Shown: positions 48,957 to 61,907, numbered from the whole stretch's first letter. The stretch: 63,246 nt of DNA, filler included, from Globobulimina sp. (GCA_003354225.1; 44 parts of 44 records of this genome joined end to end with filler, not necessarily neighbours in it), one strand, 5' to 3'. The notes: generated by a model not told the origin, from the letters alone. Numbers and translations are program-made.

Positions 48957-49714
48957 GAATGGTCATATTGTTTAATTCCGATTCTTTTCAATTTACTGTC
49001 AATATCTAAAATATAAAAGCAATCAGAAAATGCAGAATATTTTGTATCTGAACATAATGTGATGATATCACCAACTCCCAATGTACCATTTATCAATGAT
49101 TTATTTTTATTGTCCCAATAATTCTCTTCTTATTTGTTGTTGGTATTTGAGAAATATTCATTTTCCAAAAAATACCGCATCCAACATTCGGGATCGCTTA
49201 AATCGAGAACATCTCTGTCAAGAATGTTTTTAAAGCACCATTCTGGATCATTTCGCATTTTGGCTAAGATAAATTGAGAGAAAATGTCCATATCAATCCG
49301 AATTAAATTCACATTGTTTCGTTGAATACATGAATCAATCTCATTTTTGACATAATCAAATAATTTGTCATAAAATAATTTTTTGAAAATGGAATTGTTT
49401 AAAATGTATTCATGATACAACGCAGTGGCAGTTGTTTGGTGTTTACGAGAAAATTCCGAAAAGGATCCACGGATCCTATCAATTATTTTTTGTGGCGGAT
49501 TGTCTGCAAACCATTGGAAATTGTTCTCCCGTGCAATTTGAAGAGTATTGTTTCTGATCTCTTGTAACTGTGATAAAGCATAATGTCCCAGGATTCGAAA
49601 GAATTCATTGTCTGACAGACTCTCAATGAATGAAATCGTCGATTGTGTACATTCAGGATGTAGTTTTAATTCATCTAGCAATGCTTTTCTTTTTTCAGTT
49701 GTTGGATCACACAT
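48957..49714 (-). pseudogene. Unknown ORF with in-frame TAA at 49130-49132
   Basis: 194-aa ORF continues in frame after the stop; neighbouring region 49794-50230 also has a stop and frameshift. Confidence 0.35.
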
Positions 49715-50397
49715 TAATTACAGCGAAGTCAGTCAAAGCGTAAACTGTGAACTATATTTTATAAATAATGCCTGCGATTATGACAATCAATCATCAACAG
49801 ATTTGATTCATCATCAGCATTCTCAATATCACGCTTTTCCAATATTTTACAATCAAATACAAGACAAGATTGACAAATATATGGATAATCCACGAAAATG
49901 TTTGCCCACTAAACCAAAAATACAGTTCTTGTTTGGCTGTGCTCGTATTTTCTTGAATTAATAAACATATTACACCAACCCGCATGCCACTATCATCTAA
50001 ACCAATCCACTCAAAAATATCTGTTCCCAATTGCATGAATTGTATACCAACATAAACTTTAAATAATTGAGTATCATTGAGCTGCTTCACATAATTCTTC
50101 ACAAATATAGTTCATCATTGAGAGTCCCATCTGATCAGAATATGGCCATATCAGAGCACAATCTTCCAGGTAAATCATCACAGTACATTATATTTTTGAT
50201 CCGACAGGCACCTAAACGACACTCTGCGAAAAATATAATTATAATATTGCAAATTTGCAATTGATGATAAGAAAAATGATATTGTGGATCAAATCNNNNN
50301 NNNNNNNNNNNNNNNNNNNNNNNNNNNNNNNNNNNNNNNTTAATTAATTAANNNNNNNNNNNNNNNNNNNNNNNNNNNNNNNNNNNNNNNNNNNNTT

Positions 50398-51734
50398 GAT
50401 AAGATTACTAAATCGACATTAGATTTATATAAAAAAACGGTGGCAAATTTCTTACCCACACCGTCCAAATGTCATTATTTATTTAATTTACGTGATTTTA
50501 GTAAAGTTTTTAGTGGCTTATTGCTTGCAAATAAAACATATTGCGATTCAAAAGACTCTTTATTGAAATTGTGGAGTCACGAATGTATGCGGATATTTTA
50601 TGATCGATTAATTGATCAACATGACAAGAGACTATTTGTCCATTATTTAGATAATATATTGAAAGATACGTTTGATTCGTCGTGGATCGCTTTATTTAAT
50701 GAGGAGGAAAACATACCAATATTCACTTCGTTTCATTCAAATGGCGACCACCAATCAAATATATATCAACAAGTCAATGATTACAAAAAATTGCATGAAT
50801 TTATTTCTGACAAATTGACAGAATACAACTTTTTACCGAAAAATACATCAATGAATCTGGTATTATTTGAAGAAGCAATCCATTCAATTTGCCATATCCA
50901 CCGCATTATCACTCAAAGCCGAGGCAATGCCGTATTAGTTGGCGTTGGTGGTTCAGGCCGGCAATCCCTCACAAAATTAGCAGCCTATATCGCTGGTTAT
51001 AAATTGCAGCAAATCCAAGTGGTGAAAGGTTATAAAAAGCAGAATTTTTACGATGATTTGAAAAATATTTATATCTCCGCAGCCTCTGGCGAAGAAACTG
51101 TATTTCTATTCAACGACACACAAATTGTGGAGCCATCCTTTTTGGAGGACATAAATAACATATTATCCTCTGGCGAAATCCCGCAATTATTCCCATTGGA
51201 TGAACTGATACCAATTTTAGACTCATTACGCGGCGAATTTATCAAAAAATATCCAGACTCGCAAGCAAATGAACAAGCGTTATACAGATACTTTATTGAA
51301 AAAGTGCGCAAACATTTGCATATCGTATTTTGTATGAGTCCAATCGGAAAGTTCTTCGTCAATTCGATCCGATTATATCCGTCATTGGTAAACTGTACAA
51401 CCATCAAATGGTTCAATGATTGGCCTGCCACTGCATTAAAAGAGGTGGCCTCACACTTCTTATCCGAGCCAGATGTGTGTAGGGAAATTGATGGCGGCAA
51501 CAAACACATGATTATGGACATTATACCCTCAATATTTTGCTATTCGCACACCTGCGCCATTATGATGTCCAAGAAAATGGCAGAAAATGACAAAAGATTT
51601 ACGTATATCACACCCACCAACTACTTATCGCTGGTGGTGGAATATACCAAGTTATTGAAATTCAAAAAGCAAGAAATTGAGTTATCTGCAAACAAATTAA
51701 TCAATGGCTTGTCCAAAATTGACGAGGCTAAGAA
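50398..51734 (+). CDS. Axonemal dynein heavy chain, AAA3-AAA4-stalk fragment
   Basis: FLPTPSKCHYLFNLRD, GNAVLVGVGGSGRQSL, FLEDINNILSSGEIP, YITPTNYL. Confidence 0.96.
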
Positions 51735-51834
51735 NNNNNNNNNNNNNNNNNNNNNNNNNNNNNNNNNNNNNNNNNNNNTTAATTAATTAANNNNNNNNNN
51801 NNNNNNNNNNNNNNNNNNNNNNNNNNNNNNNNNN

Positions 51835-51930
51835 CATCAACTCCGCCCGCACCCGGTATATTGGCAAATATTCGCGTAGTTGTTTGAGCGTTTTGTGTTT
51901 GGCGAAATTGGACACGGCTTCATTGTGCTT
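51835..51930 (-). CDS. DHX38: Prp16/DHX38 helicase short fragment
   Basis: NEAVSNFAKHKTLKQLREYLPIYRVRAELM, the segment preceding the helicase core of Prp16. Confidence 0.7.
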
Positions 51931-52273
51931 TAAGCATCATTAATAATCCAAATGATTGAATATTTACGTCGTTGATAATCTCAATCAAAGCTCTCTGAAT
52001 TAACATCTCATTATGCAATATATCTGTTAATATATTTAAAATATATTCGTTGTGGATGGTATTTAACTGTTGCAAAATAAATAAATTATTAATTATATCG
52101 GTTGGGTCAGTTACAACTATTTGCATCATTTTATTATATTTCATAGTTCTTGAATAAAAACCCAATAACCGACCTTGATAATAATGACTCATTTTCATTC
52201 CTTCAAAATAAGATTCATCACAAATATACGCTACATTATGCAAAGAGTCATTGATCGGTGTTATTTGTGATAG

Positions 52274-53173
52274 TTCCAAATAGCAATCGATGAGGAACGA
52301 AAATCATTGAAAATATACATAAAACACATCATTACATCCGCAGAACCCGCAAAATCCATTAAAACCGTAAAAACCGCAACGTATAAATCTATGTACGATA
52401 TTAGAATGCAACAAGAACAGCAAATACTTGATTTATTAAATGCAAATAAACCAACATTCAATCCACCAAATTATTTACATAAAAAATTGAAACAGAATGG
52501 GATTTGGAAAACGCAAAGGGAGAAAACAAAAAAAATTAGTAAACAAACAAAGAAATGGAATGAAACAGTGATTGAAATTAATTCGCAGGTTGAGTTGGAT
52601 CGAAATTATTGGAATTCAGCCTCAATAAATGATGAAATTACATTTAGAATACAAAGAATTGACAAAACATTGAAACAAATTGAAGCAATACAAAATAAAT
52701 TATCTGATGACAATGTTGAAAATCTCAAACAAAACGCAAATGCATTGAGACATAAACATAATAAATGTGCCATATTAGAGACAAAACAAAAGAATATCAA
52801 AACCAATGTAGAAAATTCTGAAAATATCATACAAAACATTATAACATTAGAAAATGATATTAATCATAGAATGATATCAATATTACGTATTCAAACAAGT
52901 GATGACAAGCCATTTTCGAGTATGTTTGCTTGTTTTTGTATTTTTTTTATAACACAATATTTGAAAACAGCCACAATACGAAGTCGGGCAAATTTTTTTG
53001 ATTCAAAAAATGAAACAGTAATCAAAGAAGCTGAAATGTATAATTATTATAAGTATGAATTAAAGAAATTAAATTTAATGAAAAGCAAAGCAAGTAAATA
53101 TATTAAAAAATGCCAATCTCACAAATCATGGGAAACAATTAATTGCCGTGCAAATAGCAAACAAAATAGTAAC
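52274..53173 (+). CDS. Coiled-coil protein fragment
   Basis: Long K/E/N/Q-rich ORF beginning after a tag acceptor. Confidence 0.5.
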
Positions 53174-53274
53174 NNNNNNNNNNNNNNNNNNNNNNNNNNN
53201 NNNNNNNNNNNNNNNNNTTAATTAATTAANNNNNNNNNNNNNNNNNNNNNNNNNNNNNNNNNNNNNNNNNNNNT

Positions 53275-53732
53275 TCAATAATAGATTTCGGATTGGCTGA
53301 AGGTATATATATTAATTACTATATTTTATGTTTAATTTACACTTTTTATACTTGAACACAACAGTTTTTTGCACAAATAATGAGTGCAATCATATCGATT
53401 ATCAGTGTCGTAAATATGTTGGCAAAAAGCAGTATAAAGCACCCAAAGTGTATGAGAAAAAAGAAATATTTGATGCGCGATGTGCAGATTGTTGGAGTTT
53501 ATCCGTTGTTTTTTTTATTATGATTGTTGGCTGTCCGCCATGGTATGAACCATCAATCAATGATTATTCGTATAATTTAATAATCAGTGGACATTTGCAT
53601 GACTTACTTGCTAAATGGGATAAAATTAAATATATTACCCCGTACATGTTTAATTTAATGACATTATTGTTTCAAAATGAAAAAAGTAGATTAACAATTA
53701 AAGAAATAAAAACACATCCTGTTTTTTTGTAA
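53275..53732 (+). CDS. Ser/Thr kinase C-lobe (APE replaced by APK); intron 53303-53364
   Basis: IDFGLAE / KYVGKKQYKAPKVY...FDARCADCWSL...SRLTIKEIKTHP. Confidence 0.88.
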
Positions 53733-54242
53733 ATTATACAGTAGCATCAATACATCGGGACACATTATGAACTCTTCATTGTTGACCATTGGTTAACATT
53801 ATTAAAAGTTAATAAGTTGTTTTTTTTGCGATGTTATGTTTATATATGAATATCACAGTAATATATAATAATATTTTGTCAATTAAGTTTCTTTGTATTT
53901 TTTAAATCCGTATTAGTACGTCTCTCCAGTTTGATATGTCAGACTGTCATTAATGTAGTTGATCTTCACTATTTTGATGTTTTGTGTTTTTTTTAATTTG
54001 TATTCAATTTTTAATGTGTGGATATATTAATTTCTATCTTCTTTTATTGTGTGTACATGTACCTCTCTTCTCGTGTGTTAACACGCTGCGTGTTTCAGTG
54101 TGTTTTAATGTGTGTTATTGTATTTTAAGTCATATGTATGCATGTTTGGTTCGAAACGTTTTTTTTATCGGTTAATTGCGTCGATCGCAAAAACATTTCA
54201 GGACAAAACTCAAAAAAGAAAAAAGAAAAAAGTGTTTCAACA

Positions 54243-54612
54243 ATGGCAGCTTATCTTCTAGTCATAGGAATGATTTATATCATTTCTTGCATGCTTGTGA
54301 ACGCAGAATATATGGTTTAGTTTCATATACATTTACGTTTTTATCAGTACGCAGATACGAATGCAAACAGGAAGGAAATGTAAACATATTAAACGACAAT
54401 GGCTTCAGTTTCTTAGGCCATTGGATGTTTGGGCATAACACCGGTAACAGCACCCCAGAATCGTGGCGCTTAAATAGATTCAAAGCAGGCATATTAGACG
54501 TCACCTTACGTTTACATAAACCATTAGAAGTCCCCACCACTTTCGAATTAGCACTATACGACGATCAGCGCGAATCGTTTCCATTATTATATGCCAATAA
54601 ATCCAATGCCTG
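54243..54612 (+). CDS. GPR180/TMEM145-like N-terminal luminal domain, partial
   Basis: Signal peptide; FSFLGHWMF...G.LD...LALYDDQ.ESF..LY. Confidence 0.55.
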
Positions 54613-54712
54613 NNNNNNNNNNNNNNNNNNNNNNNNNNNNNNNNNNNNNNNNNNNNTTAATTAATTAANNNNNNNNNNNNNNNNNNNNNNNNNNNNNNNN
54701 NNNNNNNNNNNN

Positions 54713-56051
54713 TCGCTGTTGTCCACAATATACTGGCAGCCATTGTTGGTTTTGGCCAATTCGCCGTAAAAATGCGGCAACGGTCGTACCAAAGAGTGCG
54801 ATTTTTGGATTTCTTTCAACGACCAAAAGACGCGCGATAAATGGCTGTGTGGTTCGAAAAAAAAGTAAGTTTGGTCCTGGTGGATCACCGCACAACTTTT
54901 GTATTGATGCGCTTCGATCATAGAAACAGTTTTTTTTAGACTCATTTCATTGTACAAATCGTCCAATGTTTCATGACCGACATTCAATCGCATTTTAATG
55001 CGTGAGTTCTTGTCGATATTTAGTGGTTTACTGCAGCCAGTTTTGTCTAAAATGATGCCATGAATGCCGGGGCCTAAACTGATGGGGTTCTTATTCCGTT
55101 TGTCTTTGTAATAAAAGCAATTGTAATCGAAAAAAGAGTCTGTGGTCACTTCGATTTCCTGCCCGGAAGCTCGGATAATTCGTATGGTGATACTCCAGGG
55201 AAACTGCGTCAAATATTCGTGGTATAACTCGTCTTCGTCGCTGCGGTTTTCGTGGATTAAATGGTATGGTAACCAGTCATGTTCTGACTGCTCTTCCTGT
55301 TGACTCTGACTGCGTTGTTGAATATTTTTATTTTCCTCCTCATCATTTTGCTCATTGGCGTTCATTTTGCGGTTTTTGATCGTCATCGTGGACGATACGG
55401 AGTGCACCAATGCTGTTTCTAACATGTTTGTATAGCGGCGATGGAATAGGTTCATCCAAGAGCTACGTTTATTTTTCAGCCAATTGGAAGAAGTCAGAAA
55501 CTCAAAACCTTGCTTGGTGGATAACATCTTAATAAACAAAAACTGTCCATACAAACCAATGATGGAATCTGTAGGTTGCGTATGAATCAAATCAATCAAA
55601 TACTGCGAGGATTTGATACTATGCTGTGACAAATTAATTTTTTCCAACACTTTGAGCGCAGTCAGAGCTAATCGCTGCTCTTTGTCCTTCAATATGACTG
55701 CCAAGACATTGATGCTCCATTCATCAAACTTTGGCATTTGCGCTCTATACAAAAGCTCCAAGTGTGTAATTAGACATTTCCGCAAATAATAACTGCCAGA
55801 GCTCATCCATTGGGGGTACAACATACGAAAATCATCGCACACTGCATAGTCCAAATTGGTTGCAATTAGCCGTAGCAAATAGTCATTGGGTCCAACCACG
55901 CGATTTTTCTCCATATCGTGGTCAGTTATTTCCTTCCTGGTCAACGGGAACAAGAATGCCAACATATGATGTTGACCGAAGAACTTTATCCCGCGTTCAG
56001 ACTCCGATAAGATGCCAATTAAAATCAAGTAAACGCGCGACAACGTATAGC
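54713..56051 (-). CDS. RICTOR: RICTOR (TORC2 subunit), internal fragment
   Basis: LIATNLDY...R..LITHL..LYRA..F.EW.I.VL...L.D; FIKMLSTKQGF.FL; PHFYGELAKT..GC. Confidence 0.85.
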
Positions 56052-56151
56052 NNNNNNNNNNNNNNNNNNNNNNNNNNNNNNNNNNNNNNNNNNNNTTAAT
56101 TAATTAANNNNNNNNNNNNNNNNNNNNNNNNNNNNNNNNNNNNNNNNNNNN

Positions 56152-57479
56152 GAAAAGTTCCGACCATGAGTGAAAATCTTCACCTTGTCGGCCTCGAAAG
56201 ATCGTAATGCTGCCTTGGGGGAGTCCCCCTGGAGTTCCTGCCCCTCCTGCTATCATTGCAGCGTCAGTATGTAAAGTCTGATCAGCACTCGTTGTCTGTA
56301 GTGTATTTATAGATGTAGTTACACCTGTGAATCTATCGTTTACACCGTCAAATTTTTCGTCTAGTGATTTATTTAGATTATGATAATGAGTGCTTACTTT
56401 GCCTACAGATTCAACTAATTGTAAGAAAGTATCTTGGTTTAATTCCTTTATCTCTTGTAATTTCTTGGCCATATATGGTACTGTAGGGATGTATAGAATA
56501 TGGATATAACAGTATGGATGTATGTAGATATAGCAATATAGAGGAATAAGAGATATAATATAACTATATAAGGATATGATGGATGTATTAGAAATGAATA
56601 GGATTATAGTAAACAAAATATAATGAACAAAACCCCACAAAATGGACTATGTAAAGATGGTAATAGGATAAATTAAAATTAAACTAATAAAATATATTCA
56701 ATTATGGCTATTAATGCCTAGTCTAATTGGCTCAGTATACTGTAGTTACGTACGTAAATTTAAATAGCAAGCGTGAACACAGCGTAACGGCTGGGCCAAT
56801 TCCAATTATTTTCTAATCAAGAACTACTTACAGCTCCTTGATTAGCGGTCAGATCGTAACGAAGCTGCTACCATATAATATGTTAATACCGTACACGTTT
56901 TATACCAGCACTACACATATAAATATCACAATACATGTACATATATCAACCACTCACTTTAGATTCGGGATAACCACCCGTTTAGATTCCGGGATTCTGG
57001 ATTGATTATGATGATCAAACCCTACCATATACTGAACACTAACGCGGCTTCGGCTTCTTTGATTGAAGACTACACTTCGAGCTACTACCGTTAAAACCAC
57101 ACCAACTGAGTTCTTTAGCTCCAACCTTTAGTTTTATAAACTATCCGCCCTCTTATCTCATGAGCTTCCTACGGCCTTTATATGTGTGTTAATTGGTCGG
57201 ATTAATAGTCGACTATCATCGTCAGTTCCTTATTGGATAACTTGCACTCGTGCGCATTGCGATGGGCGGATGTATACCATATTTCTAGCTATTGTCTACG
57301 ACCTATAAGCGAGCTACAAAGTCGAGCGATGTATGAGCCATATACGAGGCTTCAAATCAAATATAAACATCATATACTTTCCTATGTTTCAACATTGGCT
57401 ATTAAAAGATCAATGTATGTCAGCTATAAAGCGGAGGCAAAGCTACATGCGTCATTGAACGTTTATTGACACCTTAACA
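56152..57479 (-). mobile_element. Ty3/Gypsy-like LTR retrotransposon 5' end: LTR 56881-57479, PBS 56861-56873, gag from 56472
   Basis: TGTTAA...TTAACA termini; TGGTAGCAGC PBS; gag ITIFRGRQGEDFHSWSELF. Confidence 0.8.
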
Positions 57480-57781
57480 TCATACAAATANNNNNNNNNN
57501 NNNNNNNNNNNNNNNNNNNNNNNNNNNNNNNNNNTTAATTAATTAANNNNNNNNNNNNNNNNNNNNNNNNNNNNNNNNNNNNNNNNNNNNATCACATATG
57601 ACAATTTTACCTAAAGCATTACTGATTAGCAGTAACATTGGCAATATGAAAGTTTGTGTGAGCGACATTTTGAGCAGTTGAGTGGAGGATGATTTAAGAA
57701 AGGATTTTTTTAAGATAATTTCACATTTTGGTACAGAGTAAAGAGCATCCTCTCGTGTGAACTGATCACTCTAAATCAGGA

Positions 57782-58150
57782 ATGCCACAATTATCACAAA
57801 AACATTATGAAGCCGTACATCGGGCCATGGGACAATATAATGAACCATTTCATTATGATCGAAGTGGAATGCATAACCCGTACATGAGGCCGGATCGTCG
57901 GGTAAGACCAGGACATGTCAAATGGTGGTTTCATGGCTATTATCCGTGTTATGGCCGTGTATTTCGAAGATTAGCGCCAACAGAGGTTTATATGCATACA
58001 CCATTATTTTATGAATTTCATCACAAAGCAAAAGCTAATATCACAAAATATGGTCCTGTTTTATTGGTTGCTGGTACTTTTATTTATGGATATGTTCAAT
58101 TATGCGAGCATTGGACCCACGAAGCGTATAGAAATCTAAGGCTACAATGA
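57782..58150 (+). CDS. QCR8: Cytochrome bc1 subunit 8-like with N-terminal extension
   Basis: VFRRLAPTE....PLF.EF..K...ITK + single TM + E.YR..R parallels the plant/protist QCR8 layout. Confidence 0.55.
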   Translation: MPQLSQKHYEAVHRAMGQYNEPFHYDRSGMHNPYMRPDRRVRPGHVKWWFHGYYPCYGRVFRRLAPTEVYMHTPLFYEFHHKAKANITKYGPVLLVAGTFIYGYVQLCEHWTHEAYRNLRLQ

Positions 58151-58275
58151 AATGATCATAACCAATAACCAATAATGACATATGATATATTAAATGACTA
58201 TTTGTTCAACTTCAAGAAAAGTAATTTAAGCATTTTCATACCATTTACCAGAATTTTCCTCTGTTTTTTGTCACA

Positions 58276-58344
58276 TTGTATCGAATATGCTTTGTATCGA
58301 ATATGCTTTGTATCGAATATGCTTTGTATCGAATATGCTTTGTA
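58276..58344 (+). repeat. 16-bp tandem repeat TTGTATCGAATATGCT x4.3
   Basis: Direct reading, perfect copies. Confidence 0.95.
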
Positions 58345-59204
58345 GTCATTATATACAGTGACATATCGCTTAATTGCTTTATATTATCGAGTTTCATTCC
58401 ACCAAATGAACTTTACTTGAAAGGTTTTCACAGAAAAAAATAATAATATTCAATTCTACCAAAATATGCAACGACAGCCGACGACAGGTCAATTAGGTCA
58501 AACTATAATTATTATTGATAAAATCGCAATTCATAGGTCAGTCAACACAAAAATAGTAAAAAACAATTAAACAAAGAAATAAATATCCTTGCACTCATAT
58601 ATAAACATAAATGATTCATTTACGTACGATAAAATATCATGCGCGGCTCATTAAAAATGCAAAAAAGACAAAAAAAAACAAAGAAAATACAAAAACACTT
58701 GGCACTGATGACATTTTTGCCTGTATTTAATACAATATATATTACCGATACTATATATATCATATACGAGTATCCCCATTGGAGTGATTGGACTCAGATT
58801 TTTTTGGAGGCTCTGTGAGCGACACAGACGCTTTGGTCACTATCTCAAACTCACTGAGACGTTGCATATACAAAGCATTCTCCTCCTCCTCTTCCTCTAC
58901 ATCCTTGAACCTCACTCCTTTCTTTTTCCNNNNNNNNNNNNNNNNNNNNNNNNNNNNNNNNNNNNNNNNNNNNTTAATTAATTAANNNNNNNNNNNNNNN
59001 NNNNNNNNNNNNNNNNNNNNNNNNNNNNNTTTTTTGCTTTTCGTTTTAGTTTGGAGAAATTACAGTGATCCCGCAGCAAGGATGCGTGCTTTGAGGATGC
59101 TTTTACGCTCAGTTTAGATATGGTGGAAGTTGTCCGTCGTGATAATGTTGAGTATAACAGCAAGTTCATGGCTTGGACTTGGAGTAGACAGATATTTATA
59201 AAAG

Positions 59205-60368
59205 ATGGGGGCAAAAATCTTTACAATGCTAACAGTTATGCGTTCATTGTATTTGTCCGTTATTGCATGGATAATTTATGTTTGTGCCACGAATGTTGTG
59301 TTTTGGAAAAATTATCCATTAAAACACCATCTACCTCAAACTAAGCTGCTCTATACGCCGATTGTCGATGAATATGCCTTTGATAATAAACAAATTATAT
59401 GTACGAACATAGGCATTGTAATCCCATCCTATTTTAATGGCTATACACTGCGATATCTGCGTCGCATATTACATAACATATATTTATCCCAAATGGAATT
59501 TGAGCTTGAATCCAACCCAAATAATACAGTGAACCATATATATATCCCATCACAAATCATAATATCGATGAGTATAACGCCTGAATATTACCAATACACA
59601 TCAAATATGAGTGATATACTGCAATTTTACATTGACAGATTTTTAAATAATGATAGCAATCGATTGCAGATATTTTACCATTACAACGTCAGTATGAATG
59701 CAGCACAAAATAGAAACTATGGTCTGTCCAAAATAAATTACAAAATTGCAGATTATGTTGGTTTTTTTGATATGGATGATATTATGCATCCGCAGCGCAT
59801 CGGAATATTATATTTCATATTAAATGCAAATAAAAATAACATTGATTTTGTTTTTCATGCATTTATAATGAATAAAGATTGCAAAGAGGAAGACTTATCA
59901 CTTGATTATATCACTGAATTTCAGACAAAGTCCACTTTTATGGATGAGAATCAGTTACAATTATTATCACATTCTGTGTCAGATAGCAAAGCGTATAAAA
60001 TGGATTATTGTGTTGCTTATTATCGAAGTCGAACAAAAGGATATGGCAGATTTGATATTGAATGCAAGAATGAGGAAAAAAAACGATGGTTCATAAAGAA
60101 GCAGACATTGACTGAGGAGTTTGTTAAATTTGATAGATTTTATCATAACGCATTGGAACAAATAACATTTATAAATTATTCCAAATTAATAACGCATAGA
60201 TGTGAAAATATTGAGAGTGTCAAGCATAATATACTTGGGAAACCTCGTGATGTGTCTTGTGACTACGGGACGATGGCTGGTGGTTTAGAAGCGTTTAGAA
60301 ATGAAAAGGCAGTGACCCGGCATCATAATGGATGGCCAACTATGAAAGCCTCGTTTGCAAAGAAATTA
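59205..60368 (+). CDS. Type II membrane glycosyltransferase, GT2/GT-A fold, 3' partial
   Basis: N-terminal TM; IGIVIP; AAQNRNYGL; YVGFFDMDDIMHPQRI. Confidence 0.8.
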
Positions 60369-60495
60369 NNNNNNNNNNNNNNNNNNNNNNNNNNNNNNNN
60401 NNNNNNNNNNNNTTAATTAATTAANNNNNNNNNNNNNNNNNNNNNNNNNNNNNNNNNNNNNNNNNNNNAATTCATGGTCATTCAATTCCATTTTT

Positions 60496-60762
60496 TCATT
60501 TTGTATCAAGAAATGACCCCAGAATGCCAGTCTCTTTTGGATTGGGTCTTAAAAAGAAATAATACAAAAAGTGCTCTGAATCTTCACCAATGATGCGTGC
60601 CCAAAATAAAAATGATAATACAAAGAATAATGGCATTAAGTAATGAATGTGTATGGGAATTCCAAATAATTTACATGCTTTCCAGCTGTAATCCATGAAG
60701 GATTTACGTTGTGGAGAAGCGTTTGAATCGACGTGGTCATATCCTCCAACATTAGTTCTCAT
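60496..60762 (-). CDS. Site-2 protease (M50)-like N-terminus, truncated
   Basis: SWKACKLFGIPIHIH followed by TM; ends before HExxH. Confidence 0.5.
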   Translation of the reverse strand: MRTNVGGYDHVDSNASPQRKSFMDYSWKACKLFGIPIHIHYLMPLFFVLSFLFWARIIGEDSEHFLYYFFLRPNPKETGILGSFLDTK

Positions 60763-60880
60763 GGTGCAACTTACTCTGCAAATTAATCAAAGAAAAACTT
60801 TCTTTAGACATACCATATTCTTTCTGACTCTCGTCTGTACATATCATATCTATATGAATCTGAAAGGAGGTGTTTGTTTT

Positions 60881-61710
60881 ATGGAGGAAAAGAAACAGAA
60901 CAATGTAATTAATGTTTCTAATCAGAAATTAATCAAAAAGAACTTTATGTGTTCTGATGAAAAAGGAAACGAAACAAAAAAAATATCAAACAAAACCAAA
61001 CTTGCTATAAGTTCTGCTTATTTATTCTCAAAAATAATTTCTGATTTCTTTGCAAGTGTCAAAAATAAATGTGAGTATATTGAAGATGACGAATATGCGA
61101 TAATGGTGGATCAGATTTTGGACAATGTAGTGATTTGTGGCGGTGCATGTCGTGATTTGGAATTGCGGAAACCAATAAAGGACATAGATATTACTATTAA
61201 TACGCGAGAATTTAATAAAATCCAATTAGAGCATTTACAGAAATATCATAGCTATCACATTAAGGCAAAACAGATCAAACTGTTTCTTGTTGTTTATGGA
61301 ACCATTATTTAAATAAGTTCCTGGATAAAACAACATTATATGATAGAACTGTTATGAGTAAATACAAAAACAGCGTATCAAAGCAACACATAATGTCTAC
61401 ATATGAGTATATAAATGATTGTGATTATGTTTTGAATGCTAAGTTTATAACAAATATACTATTAAGTTGTGATCAGTTAAGTAACAAAGTGAATGTAAAG
61501 CAAAACAGGTTCCCGAAAGTATTCAAAATCAATATTATCTCTGATGTTATCTTCAATAAATTTAATTTGAATGGGCAACAATATGACATATTAGATGCGT
61601 TCAAACGTGATTTTTCAAAATATTATCAGTTAATTAACGCACCTGGACCAGTCATGAAAAAGTGTAAATTTGTCCACAATCAATTTGATTTACCCATTTA
61701 TAGACATTAA
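60881..61710 (+). pseudogene. Class II (CCA/poly(A) polymerase-like) nucleotidyltransferase, frameshifted
   Basis: VVICGGACRDL..RKPIKDIDI motif A; frame break ~61260-61310. Confidence 0.6.
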
Positions 61711-61907
61711 TTGTAGTATCAAATTGAGACAGATTAATATCGATATTGCTAATTACATTCCTTACAGACAATAATGATAAACAAAGAGTATTTACACTCA
61801 AATCAATNNNNNNNNNNNNNNNNNNNNNNNNNNNNNNNNNNNNNNNNNNNNTTAATTAATTAANNNNNNNNNNNNNNNNNNNNNNNNNNNNNNNNNNNNN
61901 NNNNNNN

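Noticed and set aside
14548-49132. Alternative genetic code (stop reassignment) suggested by in-frame TAG, TGA and TAA
   Set aside because: The stops are isolated and of all three types, while many long ORFs have none and end normally in TAA/TGA; decay or error is more parsimonious.
58276-58344. CRISPR-like repeat
   Set aside because: Head-to-tail 16-mers with no spacers, eukaryotic context, no cas genes.
60950-60980. CTGATGA...GAAAC hammerhead-like core
   Set aside because: No stem II or flanking helices, and it lies within coding sequence.
1342-61907. Regularly spaced TTAATTAATTAA 'repeat' every ~1440 bp, superficially array- or nanochromosome-like
   Set aside because: Always embedded in 44+44 Ns; it is a synthetic six-frame stop linker, and the uniform spacing reflects size-sorted contigs.
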